Shown here: in pieces, positions 13,293 to 25,495 of the stretch
How positions within the stretch are numbered: position 1 is the stretch's first letter
Layout of the letters: every line of letters begins with the position of its first letter
Origin: Chiloscyllium plagiosum
Taxonomy: Eukaryota
Assembly: GCF_004010195.1 (NCBI RefSeq)
Contig: NC_057719.1
Span: forward strand, 18,435,159-18,499,158
Length of the DNA stretch: 64,000 bases
Reading direction: 5' to 3'
Program-made: the position numbers and the translations under genes
The notes under the pieces: model-generated
What the model was told of the DNA's origin: nothing
The model's input: only the letters and a program-made list of their open reading frames with translations
Database searches by the model: none

Positions 13293-13875
13293 AATATAGA
13301 ACATAGAAAAATACAGCGCAGAACAGGCCCTTCGGCCCACAATGTTGCGCCAACCTGTGAACTATTCTCAGATCGGCCCCCTACACTATCCCATCATCAT
13401 CCATGTGTTTATCTAAGGATTGTTTAAATCTCCCTAATGTGGCTGAGTTAACTACATTGGCAGGTAGGGCATCCACACCCTTACCACTCTCTGAGTAAAG
13501 AACCTGCCTCTGACATCTGTCTTAAATCTATCACGCCTCAATTTGTAGTTATGCCCCCTCGTACAAGCTGACGTCATCATCCGAGGAAAAAGACTTTCAC
13601 TGTCTACCCTATCTAATTCTCTGATCATCTTGCATGTTTCTATCAAATCCCCTCTTAGTCTTCTTCTTTCCAGTGAAAACAGACCCAAGTCTCTCAGCCT
13701 TTCCTCATAAGATCTTCCCTCCAGACCAGGCAACATCCTGGTAAATCTCCTTTGCACCTTTTCCAATGCTTCCACATCCTTCCCGAAATATGGCGACCAC
13801 AATATTCCAAGTATGGCCGCACTAGCAGCATGATATTGCTGCTCCGGAATTCAATCCCTCTACCAATGAAGTGGT
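13293..13875 (-). mobile_element. CR1 LINE 3' end
   Basis: ORF 13452..13802(-) WSPY...ALEKVQRRFTRMLPGL...RGDLIE...TRGH...FFTQRVV; (aacatag)n tail. Confidence 0.9.
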
Positions 13876-14054
13876 CATGCTTAGTGATTCTGCCATGGAC
13901 AGAAGCAGCTTCAGCAAGCAGTTTTGAAATAATGGATTTTTTATGTTCTTCCCTCTTTTTCGATCCCTTACCATCTACCACAGACCCAGTCCAGTAGTAA
14001 TGTCCTTTTTCACTCAACCAGCTTGGTCACTACTGCTGAAGCCAAGACATTGTT

Positions 14055-15030
14055 AGTCATAGAGTCATTGAGGTCTAGAGCACAGAAAAAAGCCCTTCAG
14101 TCCATCGAGTCTGCAACAGTCAAAAATAACCAGCTAATCATTCTAATCTCATTTACCAACACTTGCCCCATAGCCTTGTATGGCTTAGAATTGCAAATGT
14201 CCATCTAAATACTCCTGAAATGTTATGAGGGCATCTGTGTGTACCATCCTTGCAGACAATGAGTTCCAGATTCCCATCACTCTCTGAGTGAAAAAATATT
14301 TCCTCACATCTCCTCTAAATGTCCAGTCCCTTACCTTAAATCTATGTCCCCTGGTCAATGCTTCCTTCACCAAGGAGATGGTCATGACCAGGTAATCAGG
14401 AGGAGGCTTTCTTGCCCATATTTGACCTGATGTCATGAGACTTCATGGGATCGAGAGTCGATGTTGAGTACTTCCAGGACAACTCTTCTCTGATTATATA
14501 TATCACTGCACCACGTTCCAGTTGTCTGGGATATTGTCTGTAAGGTATGATTCCATGAGTATGATTATGTCAGGTAGTTATTTGACTCATTTATCAGATT
14601 GCTCTTCCAATTTTGGCACCTGCTCCAGATGTTAGAAAGGAGGACTTTGCAAAGCTGAGTTTGCTGTTGTTGTTTCCAGTGCTTCTGTTGATACCAGATT
14701 GTCTGTTTGGTTTCATTTCTTTTCTGAGGCTTTCCAGCAGTGAATGGCTTGCTAGGCCATTTAAGAGGGTAGTTAAGTGTGGATCAAATTGTTGTGTGTC
14801 TGGAAATGCATGTCAGCTATTCCAGGTAAGGATGGCAGCTTCCTTCCCTAAAGGACATTAGTGGACTCAATGGGTTTTATGTCAATCGACAATTGTTTCA
14901 CAGTCACCACTGAAGTTTTAACTTCTTGTTTTTATTGAATTCAAATTCCATCGAAATGGTGGGATTTGAACTCATATCGCTGGGACATCACGTGTCTCTT
15001 TGAATTACTAATCAAGCAACGATACCTCCT
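14055..15030 (-). mobile_element. CR1 3' fragment plus adjacent degraded SINE/LINE-derived fragment
   Basis: ORF 14185..14436(-) TRGHRFKV...FFTQRVMGIWNSL; reverse SINE body at ~14740-15030. Confidence 0.7.
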
Positions 15031-15283
15031 CATTGGCTCCTCAACTCGTTGCACAAGCATAATACAGGAGTAACACTTCAATTCAGATTTCATGAGATGA
15101 TTTAAAATTGTGTTTAATTTCCCACGTAGCACATGTAAGGTCCAAAACCACAGCCCAAGAAAGTATGCAAAAGATTGTTATCTCACAGCTATTGAGCTAC
15201 CTCTAATTTCCAAACTCTCTTCCTCAATCTCTGTTGTGAACTCTCTTTCCATTCTCTGTTTTGATCTTGCTCCAATTTCATCC

Positions 15284-15382
15284 TCAAAAATAGAAATGGC
15301 TGGAAAAGCTCAGCAGGTCTGGCAGCGTCTGTGGAGAGAAATCAGAGTTAATGTTTCGGGTTGAGTGACCCTCCCTCAGAAT
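15284..15382 (-). mobile_element. Penelope-type pseudo-LTR fragment (second family)
   Basis: Reverse complement tctgagggagggtcactcaacccgaaacattaactctgatttctctccacag..., same family as 37494-37690. Confidence 0.6.
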
Positions 15383-16592
15383 GGAGTGTTACATTTCAGA
15401 CTTGCTGCGTACCTTCTTACTGTTTCACAGAGCTTAGTCAGTTTGAAACACCCTTTCTCCCTAACCCTTAGCTCCATTCTTTCTCATAATCTCCTTACCT
15501 GAGTGTCATTCAATTTACAGATACTTAGGTTTGAATTGTTCAGAGACCTCACCTCACTGGTGTGGCCTGATGGGTGTGAGCAGCCTATTGATATTGAAAT
15601 TGTAAGGTTGATGATATTTCCATCTATGGGCAGCAGGCAATTGTACTATGGGATAACATATTTATTCTGCAAGAATTCTTGAAAAATTCTGTCATTTTAA
15701 TTATGACCTAATCAATTGCTTGTTTTTTTTAAAACAGATTTTCTGTTCTACTGATGTGTCTCTTGCAATTTGTTTCTGAATAAAGAGCAAAAGTTCATAA
15801 AAAGTACAGTTTAACTAGTACATTATCCATTTTGCACTTGAAAATGTTTGTCACTTATTGTGATTGCATTGACCCAATAAAATAAATAAAATCAGTTTGT
15901 ATTTGATTCCAGGCAAGATCAAAACCTACAAAATAAGTATTTTTATAGTTTTTTTTCTTCCCCCCCCCCCCCACCCCTCCTTTTCTGAAGGCACTGACTC
16001 ATTCCATGTTCAATTAAGTTGGACATCAATGACCTTCCTACATGACAGCAAAGTGACCATTCATTGTATGATGTCCCTCTACAGGTCAGTTGAGTGGTTT
16101 TAATACGAGATTAAATTTCTAGCAAGAGGTTAGTAATCAGGACCAGGAACTTTGTCTTTTTCTAGTTATGGGACATTGATAATGTCAAGCGTTTCTTGTC
16201 ACTGAAAGAAATGTTTATGATTAAAGCAGCCATACGAGCTGAGAACTAAAAGCAATTGAGCAAATAGGTTCATACATTCTCATCTTGTTCAAAATTCAGC
16301 TTTCATTGCTTATTTCATATCAGTGATTTGGGTGTGTGGCCCATACCTTTGGATCATTTCTCTTTAACAACATTTTAATTGACATTTATAATATTTAAAA
16401 ATTCATTCATGGGATGTGGGCATCACTGGCTGGGCCAACAGTTAATACCCATCCCCAATTGCCCAGAAAGCAGTGAAGTGTCAATCACATTACTATGGCT
16501 CTGGAGTTACATTTAGGCCAGACCAGGTAAGGACAGCAGTTTCTACCTACAATTGTCAATAGTTTCATGGCCTACATTACACTCCTAATTCT

Positions 16593-18505
16593 ATAAGACC
16601 ATAAGATCATAAGACATTGGAGTGGAAGTAAAACCATTCGGCCCATCAATCATCCACCATTCAATCATGGCTGATGGGCATTTCAACTCCACTTACCCGC
16701 ACTCTTCAGAAGGTAGGTGTGGACTGTAGGGAATCTAATCTAACCTAATCTAAAAAAAAGATTTAGACAGTTTAGGAGAGTGGTCCAGAAAATGGCCCTT
16801 CATTCCTTGCGAGATCAAGAATTTATCAATCTCTACCTTGAAGACATTTAACATCCTAGCCTCCACTGTGCTCCGTGGCAATGAATTCCACAGGCCCACT
16901 CTCTGGCTGAAGAAATGTCTCCTCACTTCCTATCTAAATTGATCCCCTCTACTTATAAGACTGTGCCCACGGGTCCTCGTCTCCCCGTCTAACAGAAACA
17001 ACTTCCCAGTGTTCACCCTTTCCAAACCATGCATTATCTTGTAACTTTTTGCAAGATCTCCACTCAACCTTCTAAACTCTGATTAATACAATTCCAGGAT
17101 CCTCAGCCATTCCTCATATGTTAGGCCAACCATTCCAGAGATCATCTGTGTGAAACTCCGCTGGACAGGCTCCAGTGCCAGTATGTCCTTGGGGCCCAAA
17201 TCTGGACACAGTATTCTAAATGGGGCCTAACAAGAGCTTAATAAAGTCTCAGAAGCAAATTGTTGCTTTTATATTCCAACCCTCTTGAGATAAATGACAA
17301 CATTACATTCACTTTCTTAATCACGGACTCAACCTGCGAGTTAACTTTTAGATAATCCTGGACTAGCACTCCCAGATCCCTTTGTACTTTGGCTTTATGA
17401 ATTTTCTCATCATTTAGAAAATAGTCCATGCCTGTATTCTTTTTTTTCCAAAGTGCAAGACCTCATATTTGTTCACATTGAATTTCATCAGCCATTTTCT
17501 GGACTACTCTCCTAAACTGTCTAAATCTTTTTTTTAGATTAGGTTAGATTAGATTCCCTACAGTCCACACCTACCCTCTGAAGAGTAACCCGCCCAAACC
17601 CCTTTTCCCTTTAATTAATGCGCCCTACACTACCCTACACCCTACAATTTAGCGTGGCCAATTCACCTATCCCACATCTTTGGATTGTGGGAGGAAACTG
17701 GAGCACCCGTAGGAGACTCACGCAGACACGGGGAGAATGTGCAAACTCCACACAGAGATAGTCACCCAAGGTCAGAATTGAACCTGGGACCCTGGTGCTG
17801 TGAGGCAGCAGTGCTAACCATTGAGCCACTATGCCGCCACCTCCTCAGTATTACCTGCCTGTCCACCTAACTTCACATCATCAGCAAACTTCACCAGAAT
17901 GCCTCCAGTCCCTTCACCCAGATCATTAATATATAAAGTGAACAGCTGCGGCACCAACACTGAACCCTAAGGGATGCCACTTGTCATCAACTACCGTACC
18001 GAAAAAGAACCTTTTATCCCAAATCTCTGCCTTCTGTCAGACAGCCAAACCTCAATCCATGCTAGTAGCTCACCTCGAACACCATAGGCCCTCATCTTAC
18101 TCAGTAGTCTCCTATGATCCACCTTATCAAAGTCCTTTGAAATTCTAGATATATAATATCCACTGGGTTTCCCTGGTCTAACCTACTTGCTACCTCTTCA
18201 AATAATTCTAACAGGTTTGTCAGGCATGATTTCCACTTACTAAATCCGTGTTGACTTGTTCTAATCCGACTCTGCACTTCTAAGAATTTAGCAATCTCAT
18301 CCTTAACGATGGATTCGAGAATTTTACCAACAACCGAGGTTAGGCTAATTTGGCCTATAATTTTTCATCTTTTGTCTTGAGCGTTTCTTGAAGAAGAGGG
18401 TTGCAACAGCGATTTTTCAATCATCTGGGACTTTCCCTGACTCCAGTGACTTTTGAAAGATCACAATCAATGCCTCCGCTATTTCCTCAGCCACCTCCCT
18501 CAGAT
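16593..18505 (-). mobile_element. CR1 LINE fragment inserted in a SINE (halves ~16400-16592 and ~18510-18620)
   Basis: ORF 17238..17429(-) YFLN...QRDLGVLV...ISRGLEYKS...LRLY; (cataagac)n tail; flanking SINE halves are collinear. Confidence 0.8.
17533..17840 (-). mobile_element. HE1-type SINE nested in CR1
   Basis: Reverse complement of HE1 head/body (gcagcagtgctaacc, gcaaactccacacag); (ttaga)n tail. Confidence 0.85.
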
Positions 18506-18859
18506 ACTTATTGAGTTCAAATTCCACCATCTGCCATGGCAGGACACAAACCCAAGCCCCCAGAACATTACCAGGGTCCCTGGATTTAAATTATAGCAAT
18601 AACACTTCACGGCTGTCAGATCCCCAATGGAGTATACTAGAAACAGATACATTAACATTGAGTCACTTCTTACATTGGGTGGACATTGGAACTACCAGAG
18701 TTCATCCAATATCTCAACAAACACTCTGTGCTTGAAGGTTGTTCCAATATTTCTCAACTTAGTCTTAACTGTAAGTCTTCCCTTTGAACACCATGGTGTT
18801 GAATTTGACAGCGTGCAGTGATGTAAAATGGGCGGGAGTCGGTGGCATTTTTACACCTA

Positions 18860-19270
18860 GGAAGATAAGACCATAACAGCAAGAGTAGAACACTCAGACC
18901 GTAGAAACAGTTTTGTCATTCAGTTAGATACTGGCCAATCTGTATCTCAAACTCCATCTTTCCTACAAGATCCTTTAACATCCTTGTCTGAAACAGATCT
19001 ATCAATCTCCATTATAGAAGTTGCAATTGATCCCCAGTTTCAACAGGTTTTGAGGGGAAAAGTTTGCAATTTCCCCTGTCCTTTGTGTGAAGAGCCACTC
19101 CTCTCAAGATAAATGAGCCAGTTTGAATTTTAAGCTCGCATTTCCTTGATGTGGACCTCTCACCGGATGAAATAATTTATAACTGTCAATCTGTCAACTC
19201 CCTTAGTCAACTTAAACAACAGAATTAGATCACCATTCTTAATCTTCCATGCTCAAGGGCTAAGAAGCTT
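18860..19270 (-). mobile_element. Very old CR1 3' fragment
   Basis: Degenerate similarity to reverse CR1 3' end (taagaccataa tail, tgtgtgaagag, ttaatcttccat). Confidence 0.45.
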
Positions 19271-21238
19271 AGGTCTTCATTATTTTAGAAAGTGATTTTG
19301 AAAACAAAATTCGGCCCATTGGAATACATGAGTCACTTTTTTTGGTCTGTTGTTTTTGACGAGACAGGTGTTCATAACTTAAAGCAAGATTGATTTTCGC
19401 AAAACATAGCCAGCTGGATAGTGCGAACAGATAAAATAGAGAAAACATGTGCCTTTTCCTGAGTGGGGTTTGGACTAGTGCCGCTCTGGTACAAAACAGA
19501 AAACCTCATAAAACTCGCCTTTATCTGTTGCGATACTAAAGGTACGCCTGCGGTTTTTGTCCTGTGACCCTTTACTGTAATGTTACAAAAATACATGTAA
19601 GCTTCTCTTGGGTTTCGGTTGAAAAAAGCTGAGTATTTTGCTCCTTTTTCGGAGCAACAGTGCACCCTTTATGTTGGTCAATGTGAACTACTCCAAGAAA
19701 ACCAAAGACAAAATCTTTCATGCATTTTTGAATGTGTATGACATTTCTCTCCTGCAATTTCCTTAAAATGCAGTAGAACCTAGACTACATCGAGAGAAGA
19801 CAAGAGACCATGATTCACAAACAAATGTTTTCCAATTTTTAATGCTTATTCGTCAAATGGGTTAAATTCGATGATGAACTTGACTAATTGAGCCCAGGCT
19901 CACTTTAGAGGCTTGCAACCAATTTTTTTTTTAAGTGCTTAGCAAATCCATTCAAGTGCATGGCACCTTTAGGTTTATTTGCATGACTAAGTATATGTGG
20001 TAATTAAAAGGCTCCAACTTGCACGCAAATTTCATGGAAGTATTTGGGTTACTTTGGGGGCAGCTAGATGAGAACACATTGATTGCATCTCGTTTAGTTT
20101 CCAATATCAGCCAATGCAATTCAGCTGTGTGATGCCAAATGCTCATTAGAATGTCTAATTTTAAAGGACAAGTTTGCTTTAATGTCAGCTTAACATAGAT
20201 ATGAGACACTGATAAGGCTTTCAAAGAATTGTGTCAGCAGTACTCAAATGATCTGAAGAGAAACCTAAGGGCTCATTTACTGTCTCCTTATCTGCTATCC
20301 ATTTTGTTTATTCTCCCATCCACCTTCTCTGCCTCAGAATTATTTTGGACCATAGGAAATAATACTCCTAAGTACATATTGACCACTTCCTTTCGGGGAG
20401 ACCAGTGGTAACAAACTAATAAGTAGAAGACAATAGCAATCTTGAGTTACTTTCTTCATCCTTTTGGATTTGATGTTAATTTGATGTTTTGCTTTCTAAT
20501 TTTTAACATTAATTTAATATATAACATTAATATTTCTTTTTGCAGTCTAGCTTTGCATTTGAAGATATTTTTATTTTTGCGCATTCTTATAAGTCTGCAA
20601 ATTTCCAACTTTAAGCAAACATCTGCTTAATTTTTACCCTTCCATTCCAATGGAACATATTTCTCTTCATTTTGATTGATTCATCTCCTCTGAATTTTGC
20701 GCGTTTTTTTGTGCTTCCTAATATATAACTGTGATTTGTCTATTGTCCATCTATTAAACCTAAGTAAATAAGACAATACTATTATGCAGTGGTGTATATG
20801 TCAATGTATTGGTGTCAACAACGAGATCTGAATTATTTATCTTGGTTGGTTACAAGTTGAAGTTTACATTGAACATATTTTGTTTTCCCTTTTTGTTTTG
20901 ATAATTGTAACTAAACATGAAGATGAGCTAATAGGGCTAAATTTAAATTTGACAAGACAGCAAATGTTGAAAGATACCACTATACCCAGGACCCCTCTAG
21001 CTGTTACCAATGAAGAGCCCCATTTATAAAATGTACTAAGCCCCAATATCTTGCAAGTCAACCCAATCAAAATTAATCCTCATTTTGGTTTGCTAATTCA
21101 CACAGAAGACAGTGTCAAGAAATTAACAAACAATCAGAATAATGAAACCATCATCGTTATTGCAAACCTAATATGCTCATCAAATCCAGCTACACTGATT
21201 TTAGAAATACCATGCAATCTCGGGGTTGGTGGGTGAAC

Positions 21239-22980
21239 TAGAGTCATAGAGTCATAAAGATTCTACAGCTTATAAAAATGTCCTTCTGCCCTGAGCATTT
21301 GTGTTGGCCAAGAACAACCATCTAACTATTCCTGATTAATACCTGCTTCTTCAAGTGAAGATAAATTCTGTCCCTCAGAATTGCTTCCAATAATCTCCCC
21401 TCTATTGAGGTTAGACTGACTGTCCCTTCCTGAATAATGGCACCATATTGGTACCCTCCAGTCCTTTGGCACTTCCTGGATGGCCAGAGAGGAATTGAAA
21501 GTTATTGCAAGCACCCCAGCTGTTTCTTCTCTTGCCTCACTCAACAACTCGAGAGATATGTCTACTTTTAAGCTTGCCAGACCACTCAGAATCACGTCTC
21601 TATCTATGATTTCTTTAATTGTATCACAGACCTTCTCCCTGAATTCTATACCCATATCATCCCTCTCACTGATGAACACTAACACTAAGTATTCATTTAT
21701 AACTGTACCTAGATCCTCTGGCTCCATGCACAAATTACTGCTACAGTTGTTAATGGGCTTTACTCTTTCCCTCTATATCCTTTTACCCTTATTGTACCTG
21801 TGAAGCAACGTAGGATTTTTCTTTATTGTAATGTTCCCTTGTAACTCTCCTAATCTGCTTTTTAAGCTGCCTTTTGCACATTCTGTACTCCTCAAGAGCT
21901 TCTGCTGTTTTGAGACCTTGTTACCTGCCATGAGTGTCCCTTGTTCTCTTAATCCAATCCTGCATATCCCTTGATATTTAAAGTTCACAAGATTTGAAGT
22001 CCGGCCCTTTTTTCTTTACTGGAACATGTTGGCCTTGTACTCTCCAAACTTCTTGAATGCATCCCACTTTTTGGAGTGGAACTTTCCCTTTCCCACTTTG
22101 GCCAAATTGGATCTTATTAAAGTCAACCTTCCCAGTTTAGAACTTTAATTTCAGGTCCTTTTCCACATTAATCTTGCATCGAACTGAATAATGATCAGTG
22201 GCTTGAATGCTCCCCCACTGATACTTCAACCTCTTGCCCAGCTTTGTTACTTGACATTAAGTCCAGGACTAGCCCTCTCTTGTGGGACCTTCTACAGACT
22301 CACTTAAAGAAAGCTCTCTTGGATGCATATTAAGAATTATTCTTCTTCTAGGCCTTTCACATTATTGACTACCCCAGTTAGTATTGGGACAGTTAAAATC
22401 TGTTATGTCCTAGTATTTTTGGATATTTTCTAAACAACCTGTTCAGAGATGTTGTGACATATATTTGGAACAGTTCAAACTTGAACGTAGGCCTCCTGGC
22501 TCAGCTTTTACATTTCCCTGAAATATTCATCCAGCTCTGTTCTTCTATTTCTGTTAGACAGTTAGGGAGCTGATAGTACACTCACAGCAAAATGGTTGCT
22601 GTGTTTTGGTTTTCAAGCTCTACCCATATGGCTTCATTTGAGGACTGTTGTCATTCTCCTTGCTGCTATAACAGAGACCCTGATCAAAATTGCATTACCT
22701 CCTCCTTTTCAACCTTCTTCCCATCTCACCTGAAGACCCCGTATCTTAGAATATTAAGCTACCAATCTCGCCCCTCTAGCACCCATGTCTCAGTGTTAGC
22801 AATGACTTCATACCCCAATGTTTTAATTTGTGCCCTCAACACATTTGCTTTGTTCATCAGACTCTTGCATTACCATAAATATCATCAACCTTGCTCAACT
22901 CCCTTGTGCTATATCTGGCCTATGGTTTTCCTGACTCATTTGTTGTCTCCTTGAATTTTGGCTGTTCATCTCCCTTTCCA
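21239..22980 (-). mobile_element. Degraded, internally deleted CR1 LINE
   Basis: ORF 21326..21733(-) ...LLSEAREETAGVLAITFNSSL...VPKDWR; tagagtcatagagtcat tail; endonuclease-like sequence toward 22900. Confidence 0.75.
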
Positions 22981-23328
22981 AAAGATTCTTTCTGAATCCC
23001 AGATGCTACATGGATATTACTAGATACTAGAGGGATTCTGTGTTTCTCCTGCAATATCCCAACAATACATTCGGCCTCAATATAGAACATTTCCAGACTT
23101 TGCTCTCTATTCTCAATATCTCAGAACAATGACCATTATATTAATGCAAATGAGCCAATTAGGGATGCATCTGCACCGTAAATGCATTAACTGAAGTCAG
23201 AATAAATGACAGTAAATCAAAATCAGAAATATTTCACCATTGTTTTTGTTTAAAAATCTTTTAGAGTTCAAATCTGTTTAGTTTTTTTTGGTGACGTACT
23301 CATATATTTTTGTCAGTTTGGTAAAATA

Positions 23329-23560
23329 CTGAAATAATTGCTTAGAGACCTGTATCCCATCACCAAGTCACTCTTTATTTACTTGTGCACAGTACGCAGT
23401 ACACTGGCTATGGCCAGCTCAGCTTGGAGTCAGTCCCTGAACTAAGGAGATTCTAAATCTCCTGGTTATTTTGGTCAGCCAGGGCTTTCCTGATTTTCCC
23501 AGGTTAACAACCCCAACGGAGGATTTCATAGTCAACTAGATCCAACTGATTTCTATTGCT
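23329..23560. mobile_element. Probable solo LTR remnant
   Basis: Shares ctgaaataa..., ccaagtcac.ctttatttac and gtcagccagggct...ctgatt with 30885-31539. Confidence 0.5.
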
Positions 23561-23639
23561 ACAGATACTGACCATGATCAGTTGGCTTCTGATTATAATG
23601 CTGCATTTTGATGATTTTGCTGAAATATGTTTCAGTTCA

Positions 23640-24050
23640 CTAGCGTTTGTGCAGCATTTTTCAGAACCACTGGACATCCCAAAGCAGTTCACAGCCAACA
23701 AAGCACTTTCAGAAGTATTTTAATGCCTGCAATGTAGCAGCCAATTAATGCCTGGCAAGATCCTACGAACAGTAGTCTGATAATGACCAGCTTATCTATT
23801 TTAATCGTATTGATTGAGTGACAAATATTGCTAGGATTTCAGCTAGGAGTTTTTCAAACTAGTATCAAGTGTCCACCTAAGAGTGCATGAATCAGTTTAT
23901 TTTAACATTTCATCTGAAAGTCTGCACCTCTGATCGTACTCACTCAACACTGCCCTGCAGTGACAGTCTTGTTTGTTACATTCAAACTGTTGTAGCAAGA
24001 ACCTAATACATTTTTATCAGCTCGGTAGCTAATATGCTATCTAGGAGCTA
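23640..24050 (-). mobile_element. Old DeuSINE-like (SacSINE1/AmnSINE-type) element
   Basis: Reverse similarity to 29050-29305 (ggacatcccaaagc, gataatgaccag, aaatattg); family name from recalled Deu-domain consensus. Confidence 0.55.
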
Positions 24051-25199
24051 GTGTCATGTATAGACTAGAGAATTTTAGTGAATCTTGTGTTTATTTTAGT
24101 AAGATCAGCAAACTGGCTGGAACATTGAGTTGAGCTTGCCAGTGCATTTTTGCAAGTTCATGATATATTTTGGTAAGTTTGCTGAACCGTCTTATCAAGT
24201 TGCCTGCAACATCTCAACATGGTTGTAGGTCTACTTTGGTTGAAATATTTCTGTCACGTTTGACAGTGCAGACATGATGGGCTGAATAGCATCCTTCTGT
24301 GCAGCAAGGCTTCTGCGATTCTATCAATGTTGAGTTTTCTGACTTATTCCAAAGTACAACTTGATGCAAAAGTGTAGAAATAAGGAAATCTCACATCGAT
24401 CAACAGACCCATCAATAATTGAGCTTCCACCATCCTTTACTTGATCACTTGAAAATAGTTTGAAAGAACAAGAAGAGAAACAGTGAGTGAATTTTCACCT
24501 AATTTCTATTGTCAAGATCCCCCTAACTCACTGCCATCCCTTTGAATGTTTTTGAAATGTATATAGTGCACAAAGAAAGCAGCCATGTCTTCATCTATTG
24601 GGCTTAACAGGAACCATGGGTAGACATGACTGGCCCTGAGGAGAGATGTGATACCCAACTGCGCCCCCTAGCCTCTCCACCCAGGTCCAACTAAAGGATG
24701 TCGGATGTTAGACAGATGCGGCTAGCTAGCGACAAAAGAACGTAGACAGCGGTTTTACTGTCGCGAGTTGTGGCCTTTACAAAAAAACATATTTTCTTTG
24801 CAACAACGAAACCGATATATTTCTCTTCAATAATTGCATGAAGTATGCAGCAGTGGGCTGGTATGTGATACTTCTGGCACCTTTCCTTTGGGTTTTTTTT
24901 TGTAAACTTTGAAAAGCAATGTATGTAGGTCAGCCGAAAGTCAACCCATCTCTTTCAAAGAAACAAAAGAAAAAGATATATGTGGTCTGTTTCCTGTAAA
25001 TGTTTGTGGAATTTGCGTACCTGAGCATTATTTCAGAAAACCGGAGAAACGACTTCTTATTCCTTTATATGGGTTTTAACACTTGGCCAGCACTTGTCAC
25101 CATCTGTAATGGGAATGCCGACATTTGACTCTGTCACTCAGTTAAGTCAGTGGTTAGCAATACCAAGTTAGTTAAAACTTCAGAGATTCAGCCTTCAAT

Positions 25200-25495
25200 T
25201 TTTAAAAAAAATTCATTCCCGGGATGGGGGTATTGCAGTGGTTCTGGAGTCAAATGTAGGCCAGGTGAGGTAAGATGGCAGCTTCTTTCCCTAAAAGGCA
25301 TTAATGAACAAGATGGGCTTTCCTCCAACAATCAACTCATGATCATCGTTAGACTCTTAATTCCCGATCTCTTCCTTTTTTAACTGAATTCAAATTCCAC
25401 CATCTGCCATGGCAGGATTCAAACCCAGGTCGCTGGAACATTACCTGGGTCTCTGGATTAATAGTCTAGTGATAAGGCCATTAGACCATCACCTC
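25200..25495 (-). mobile_element. tRNA-derived SINE (family of 4259-4580)
   Basis: gaattcaaattccaccatctgccatggcaggattcaaacccagg. Confidence 0.75.
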
